Source: Abditibacteriaceae bacterium
Lineage (GTDB): Bacteria; Armatimonadota; Abditibacteriia; Abditibacteriales; Abditibacteriaceae
Assembly: GCA_031425655.1 (NCBI GenBank)
Contig: JANPJS010000148.1
Location: forward strand, 1-12,971
Direction: 5' to 3'
Length of the DNA stretch: 12,971 nt
Made by a program: the position numbers and the translations under genes
The notes under the pieces: generated by a model
What the model was told of the DNA's origin: nothing
The model's database searches: none
The model's input: the letters and a program-made list of their open reading frames with translations, nothing else
Shown here: positions 8,161-12,971 of the stretch, one piece after another
How positions within the stretch are numbered: the stretch's first letter is position 1
Layout: each line of letters opens with the position of its first letter

Positions 8161-10947
8161 ATGAACTCCCCTGAACCGCATTCCGTTGACGACAGCGCGA
8201 CACAGCCCGTCTCGTTGCAAGCCATCGGACAGGCGCCGCTGCTGCCGCCGCGCGAGCCTTTGGGCGCCCGCATCGCCGGGTCGCTGGGACGCCATCATTC
8301 GCTGCTAATCGCGGTTTGCGTGCTGCTTTTGTGGGCCATCGTGGCCATGCCGCCGCTTTGGAATCGCGATCCCTATCAGCCCGGTTCCGTGTCCGGACAC
8401 GACGTTTTAGTGCCGCAGCCGGCTTATCTGCTCGACCACGAAGAAACCCGCCGCCGTCAGGAAGAAGCCGCCAATCTCGTCACGCCGTATTACGACCCTA
8501 ATGCCGGCGCGCCTTCGTTGGCTATCTCGCATTTGGCTTCGCTCTGCGATTCGGCGCGCGAACTGGCGCCGTCGTCGCCTGCGCTGCCCGACGCGGCGCG
8601 TTTGCGCGGTTGGCGTGCGCGGTTGCATTTGCCGCGCAAGAAAGTCGGCGATGCGGCACTGACTGCCATTGTGCAGATTCCCGGCGCGCGCTGGAACGCC
8701 GTGGAAAACGTGGCGCGAGGTGCGGTCACGGCGGTTTACAAGAACGGACAACTGCGTTCGGACGTGCTGGCCGCCGAAAACTCCAGCGATCTGGCTGCCG
8801 CGCGTGTCGTGATTCTGGCCTTTACGCGACGCGCCCAGCAAAGCGGCAGCCGGGAGCCTGTTCTGATGGCCAACGAAGCTCTGGCGGCTTCGGCTCTGGC
8901 CGAATTCGTGGTCGGAATGCACCCAAATCAGGTTGTCAACGGAGCTAAAACCCGGCGGGCGCGCGAAGCGGCGGGCGAAGGCGTGCCGGAGGTTTATCAG
9001 CGTTATCACGCCGATGACGTGCTGCTGCGGGCCAACGAAATCATCACCGAGCGCAAATGGGCGCAAATGCAGGAATTGGGCATCGTTACGCCGAAGATTT
9101 CATTGAAAGTCGCTCTGGCGCGGCTGGCGCTGGTCGTGATGCTGGTTTGCTTCGGCGCGGCGTATTTGAAGCATTTTCATCCGCGCCTGATGAACCAGCC
9201 GGCGGCGCTCTGGCTGGCTGGCATGGTGCCCATTGCCTTTGCTCTGGCGTTTCGATTGCTGCTGCGCGTGCCGCACTCCGAGTATTTAATGGTGCCACTC
9301 GCGGCGACCGGCGCCATGCTGCTCACGATTCTGCTGAACGCGCGCGTCGGCGTGATGGGCGGCTTCGTTTTGGCGGCAGTGTGCAGCGTGATGGCGCGCG
9401 TGGACGCGACGTGGCTGCTTGCGGCAGCGCTGACTTCGTGGATCGGCGCGCTCAGCGTGGCCGATATTTCGTCGCGCGCCCAAGTGGTGCGCGCTGGCGT
9501 GGTTTTAGCCGCCACGAACGCTGTTCTCATTGCCGCGATTGGCTTTCTCGGCGATTTGCCGCTCAAAGAAATTATTTCCACGAGCAGTTGGGAAGCCTTC
9601 GCCGGTGTCGCGTCGGTGGCTCTGATGGCGGGCATGGCGACGTTTTTAGAACGGCCTTTCGGCATCACCACGCACTTGCGGTTGCTCGATTTGCTCTCGC
9701 CCGACGAAACCGTGATGCGCCGGATGCAGGCCGAAGCGCCCGGCACTTTTACCCATTCGTTCATGGTGGCGATGTTGTCGGAAGCCGGCGGCAAAGCGGT
9801 CGGCGCCGATGCGCTGCTGTGCCGCGTCGGCGGTTTGTATCACGACATCGGCAAGTTGCGCCGCCCGCATTGTTTCATTGAAAATCAGAGCGGGCACAAC
9901 ATTCACGACGAATTATCGCCGCAGCTTTCGGCACTGATTATTTTGGCGCACGTCAAAGACGGCCTCGAACTGGGCCGCGCTTTGCGTTTGCCGCTTCCGG
10001 TTCTCGACATAATCGCGCAGCATCACGGCACTTCCGTTTTGACTTATTTTTACAATCGCGCTTTGCAAGGCGCGCAATCGGCCACGATTCCCGCCGCCGA
10101 CGTGGCTTTTGGCGAAGTCGAAGCGCCAAGTGCTATCGGTTCGCCGGACATTACGATGTTTCGCTACGCCGGGCCGCGTCCGCAGGGCAAGGAAGCCGCG
10201 ATTGTGCTTTTGGCCGACAGTATCGAAGCCTCATCGCGCGCTTTGCCCGACGTGACACCCGAAAAACTGCGCGAACACATTCGCGCCATGATCGCGCTGC
10301 GTTTGCAGGAAGGCGAGCTTTCCGAATGTGAGTTGACGTTGCGCGATTTGGGCATCATCGAGAACGCCTTTACGCACGTTTTGCGCGGCGCTTTGCATCA
10401 GCGCATTCAATATCCGGGCGCCAGCCGCGAACTCGAAGCCAACAGCGATTGGCTGAGTAACGGCGTGCCAAACGAACGGCGCGCCGTGAAACGCGAGGTC
10501 AAAAGCGAGCGAGGCACACAAAACGAGGTGGCGAGGCCCGAAAATAGCCCCGCAAACGAAAAAGAACGCTCCGGCGGTCGCCGCCGCCGTCGCCGGGGCC
10601 GCAAAAACGAGGCTAAAACCGACAGTGCGGCCCTGACGCCCGTAGAAAACCTGCATGAATCCAAAACCCGACCGAACCTCGAAACCAGCCGCGAAGAGCG
10701 AAATCACGAACGCGCGCCCGGCCAAAACGGCAGCGCCAATCAGCGTGAAAACACCTCGCAACGCGAAAGCGAATCCACAAGCAAAAGCGAAAACCAGCGT
10801 CAGTTGGAGTCCGGCAGCGCGCCGAGCCGCGAAGAATTCCATGCCGGCGGTCACCTGCCGGGAACTTTCTCAGACGGTGCGCCGGGCGGTGAAGGCGACC
10901 TTGCAAAGCGCGCCGCCGCGATTCCCGATGCTACTCGCCGCCGTTGA
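8161..10947 (+). CDS. pgpH: Membrane 7TM-HD (HDIG) phosphohydrolase, PgpH/YqfF-like putative c-di-AMP phosphodiesterase, 928 aa
   Basis: N-terminal TM helix, extracellular domain and a run of hydrophobic TM segments. These are followed by EAPGTFTHS, GLYHDIGK, HVKDG, AQHHGT and LADSIEA. Classic position between phoH and ybeY. The substrate is inferred from family membership only. Confidence 0.88.
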   Translation: MNSPEPHSVDDSATQPVSLQAIGQAPLLPPREPLGARIAGSLGRHHSLLIAVCVLLLWAIVAMPPLWNRDPYQPGSVSGHDVLVPQPAYLLDHEETRRRQEEAANLVTPYYDPNAGAPSLAISHLASLCDSARELAPSSPALPDAARLRGWRARLHLPRKKVGDAALTAIVQIPGARWNAVENVARGAVTAVYKNGQLRSDVLAAENSSDLAAARVVILAFTRRAQQSGSREPVLMANEALAASALAEFVVGMHPNQVVNGAKTRRAREAAGEGVPEVYQRYHADDVLLRANEIITERKWAQMQELGIVTPKISLKVALARLALVVMLVCFGAAYLKHFHPRLMNQPAALWLAGMVPIAFALAFRLLLRVPHSEYLMVPLAATGAMLLTILLNARVGVMGGFVLAAVCSVMARVDATWLLAAALTSWIGALSVADISSRAQVVRAGVVLAATNAVLIAAIGFLGDLPLKEIISTSSWEAFAGVASVALMAGMATFLERPFGITTHLRLLDLLSPDETVMRRMQAEAPGTFTHSFMVAMLSEAGGKAVGADALLCRVGGLYHDIGKLRRPHCFIENQSGHNIHDELSPQLSALIILAHVKDGLELGRALRLPLPVLDIIAQHHGTSVLTYFYNRALQGAQSATIPAADVAFGEVEAPSAIGSPDITMFRYAGPRPQGKEAAIVLLADSIEASSRALPDVTPEKLREHIRAMIALRLQEGELSECELTLRDLGIIENAFTHVLRGALHQRIQYPGASRELEANSDWLSNGVPNERRAVKREVKSERGTQNEVARPENSPANEKERSGGRRRRRRGRKNEAKTDSAALTPVENLHESKTRPNLETSREERNHERAPGQNGSANQRENTSQRESESTSKSENQRQLESGSAPSREEFHAGGHLPGTFSDGAPGGEGDLAKRAAAIPDATRRR

Positions 10948-11416
10948 AAATTCCATGACTTCCGAATCTTTCCCCGAATCCGGCGACGGCCCTAAACGAA
11001 GCCGCGCCGCCGGCGCCGTGAAACCCGGCCCGGCGGCGCCTTCGCTTGTTTTCGACGTTGACATGAGTTTCGTCAGCGACGACGAAATCGCCCTTCTCAA
11101 CCGCGACTATCGCCACAAAAACAAGCCGACCGACGTGCTTTCTTTTGCCCAATGGGAAGGCGATTTCGCCTCCGATATGCCGCTTTTTCAGTCGCCCGCC
11201 GGTGAAGCGTTGGCGCTGGGCGATCTGGTCATTTCCATCGAAACCGCACAGCGTCAAGCCGCCGAACTTGGCCATAGTTTGTCGCAGGAAATCGAGTTTT
11301 TAGCCGCGCACGGCGCTTTGCATTTGCTTGGCTACGATCACATCCGCGACTCCGACCGCCGCGCGATGTGGCAATGGCAGGAGGCGATTACCGAAGGGAT
11401 GAGGGATGAGGGATGA
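10655..11416 (+). CDS. ybeY: rRNA maturation endoribonuclease YbeY. Start uncertain (ATG 10655, GTG 10745 or ATG 10841)
   Basis: MSFVSDDEIALLNRDYRHKNKPTDVLSF, LGDLVISIETA and the metal-binding HGALHLLGYDH (H3xH5xH). Confidence 0.93.
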   Translation: MNPKPDRTSKPAAKSEITNARPAKTAAPISVKTPRNAKANPQAKAKTSVSWSPAARRAAKNSMPAVTCRELSQTVRRAVKATLQSAPPRFPMLLAAVENSMTSESFPESGDGPKRSRAAGAVKPGPAAPSLVFDVDMSFVSDDEIALLNRDYRHKNKPTDVLSFAQWEGDFASDMPLFQSPAGEALALGDLVISIETAQRQAAELGHSLSQEIEFLAAHGALHLLGYDHIRDSDRRAMWQWQEAITEGMRDEG

Positions 11417-11464
11417 GGGCGGAAGTGCCCACTTTTCATCCCTCATCCCTCATCCCTCATCCCT
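11395..11464. repeat. Palindrome built from heptamer tandem repeats: (AGGGATG)3 … (TCATCCC)4
   Basis: Left arm 11395-11419 includes the ybeY TGA (11414-11416). Right arm 11436-11464 ends immediately before ATG 11465. Confidence 0.93.
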
Positions 11465-12886
11465 ATGTTTTTGGTCATTGCTTTAATTTGCGTGCTGTGC
11501 GAAGCCGTTTTCACTGCGTTGGAAGTGGCCTTTGGCACGGTTTCGCGCGCCCGATTGCGCGCTTTGCTGGATGCTGAACACGAACGGCATTTGGAAGAGC
11601 GGCGCGACCGCAGCGAAAACGGCAACGGGCGCTTTCAGGCTTCGGGTGCCGAGCGCCGTTTGCGTCGCGCGCTGGCGCTGCAAGAGCGGCCCGAACGCCT
11701 CGCGCTGCTTTTTCTGACGGTAACCACGCTAACGCTGTGGGCGGCGGCTTCGCTTTTAACGTGGCAATCGCGCGCCGACAACTGGCCCGATTGGGCGCTT
11801 CCGGCATCGCTGGTCGGCGTGCTTTTCGTCGCCGAAGTGCTGCCGCTGCTCATCGCGGCGCACCATCCCGAAGTTATTGTGCTGCGCGGCGGCGGGATAG
11901 CGCGTTTGAGCCTGCAATTATTGTGGCCGCTGCTGTGGCTATTGCACTTTTTGGGGCGCGGATCGGCGCGCGTTTTCGGCGCGCTGCCCGAAGCCTCGGC
12001 GCAGGTGACCGAAGGCGAATTGCGAACCGCTTTAGCCGCCGCCGAAGAAGAAGGCGTGATCGAAAGCGACGAGCGCGCCATGCTCGAAGGCGCGATGGAA
12101 TTTCGCGAAAAATGCGTGCGCGAAGTGATGACTTCGCGCCTCGACATGGTTGGTGTAGACGCCGCCGCCACCTTGCCGCAAGTGCTGGAAATTGCCATGC
12201 GCGAAGGCCATTCCCGCTTGCCTGTCTGGGATGGCACGCCCGATAAAATCATCGGCATCGTGGCCACCAAAGACTTGATTCCGCATCTGCGCCACGAAGT
12301 CAGCGACCCGCGCCACGCCGGTGAAAAATGCGCCCGTGATGTGGTGCGCCAGCCGTATTTCGTGCCCGGCACGCAGCGCATCTCGGCCACGATGGAAGAA
12401 TTGCGCCTTCAGCGTTCGCTGCTTGCGATTGTCGTGGACGGCGACGGCGGCACCGCCGGATTGGTGACACTGGAAGACTTGCTCGAAGAAATCGTCGGCG
12501 AAATTCAAGATGAATACGATAGCGAAGAAGCGCCGCTGCGCGTGGTCAATCACGACGGCCAAAAAGTCGTCGCCTGCGACGGCGGCGTGACCGTCCGCGA
12601 CTTCGAGCGTTTCTGGGAGCGTAGTTTTGGCTTGAGCGCGCGATTGCTCGACCCGCAAGGCGCCGATGCCGACGATTCGCTGTCTTTGGCCGCTTTAGCC
12701 CTGCGTTTGTTTGAAAGCGTGCCTTCGCCCGGAGCGCGCACCAAAGCCGGCGAATGCGGCCCGATTGCCGCGCCTTCGCGCTTGGAACTCGAAGTCGTGG
12801 CGATGAACGGCCCGCGCATCGAAGAAGTCAAAGTCGCCGAGGTGAAAATCGAAGAAGCGGCAGAAGAAATCGGGCCGGTTTCGTGA
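11465..12886 (+). CDS. Hemolysin-family / CNNM(DUF21)-CBS-CorC_HlyC membrane protein (Mg2+/Co2+ transport-related), 473 aa
   Basis: N-terminal EAVFTALEVAF and TM segments with FVAEVLP. Then EEEGVIESDERAML and a CBS pair (VREVMTSRLDMV, HSRLPVW, AIVVDGDGGTAGLVTLEDLLEEIVGEIQDEYD), followed by a CorC-like C-terminus. Confidence 0.93.
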   Translation: MFLVIALICVLCEAVFTALEVAFGTVSRARLRALLDAEHERHLEERRDRSENGNGRFQASGAERRLRRALALQERPERLALLFLTVTTLTLWAAASLLTWQSRADNWPDWALPASLVGVLFVAEVLPLLIAAHHPEVIVLRGGGIARLSLQLLWPLLWLLHFLGRGSARVFGALPEASAQVTEGELRTALAAAEEEGVIESDERAMLEGAMEFREKCVREVMTSRLDMVGVDAAATLPQVLEIAMREGHSRLPVWDGTPDKIIGIVATKDLIPHLRHEVSDPRHAGEKCARDVVRQPYFVPGTQRISATMEELRLQRSLLAIVVDGDGGTAGLVTLEDLLEEIVGEIQDEYDSEEAPLRVVNHDGQKVVACDGGVTVRDFERFWERSFGLSARLLDPQGADADDSLSLAALALRLFESVPSPGARTKAGECGPIAAPSRLELEVVAMNGPRIEEVKVAEVKIEEAAEEIGPVS

Positions 12887-12923
12887 TTTCTCCGCCGCGA
12901 TTTCGCCGCCGCGATTTCGCCCC
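12882..12923 (+). repeat. 14-bp direct repeat x3 (CGCGATTTCGCCGC)
   Basis: Units CGTGATTTCTCCGC, CGCGATTTCGCCGC and CGCGATTTCGCCCC. The first contains the stop codon and the last runs into the REP-like hairpin. Confidence 0.88.
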
Positions 12924-12967
12924 ATTGAAATGGGGCGCTACTATTACGAAGTCCGCCTTCGCGGACT
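12918..12967 (-). repeat. GTAG-type REP-like element with two hairpins
   Basis: Minus strand reads AGTCCGC-GAAG-GCGGACT TCGTAATA GTAG CGCCCCATT-TC-AATGGGGCG, i.e. a GTAG tetranucleotide directly followed by a palindrome. Confidence 0.75.
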
Positions 12968-12971
12968 GGAC

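Noticed and set aside
10832..10957. AATTCCATG occurs twice in the ybeY frame (NSM…NSM)
   Set aside because: Only 9 bp with no further similarity, so it is not evidence of a duplication.

Overview
Bacterial window with three parts. (1) 1-1245: a complete IS3-family element (IS407-group-like ends) with matching terminal inverted repeats and orfA/orfB joined by an A6G -1 frameshift site. (2) 1246-5818: a large, AT-richer minus-strand gene encoding a PD-(D/E)XK/Mrr-like nuclease + NACHT NTPase + HEAT-like helical repeat protein. It is a probable NLR/Avs-like anti-phage gene, and the IS has cut off its 3' end, replacing it with 47 junction/IS-encoded residues. (3) 6014-12886: a GC-rich housekeeping cluster HIT - yqeY - phoH/ybeZ - 7TM-HD phosphohydrolase (PgpH-like) - ybeY - CNNM/CBS (hemolysin/CorC-like). 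Three internal junctions of this cluster, plus its 3' end, each carry a different palindrome built from or flanked by short tandem repeats. One supplies the ybeY stop codon and ends exactly at the next start codon. The pgpH-like gene and ybeY overlap extensively in different frames. All calls come from motif reading by eye; no searches were run.
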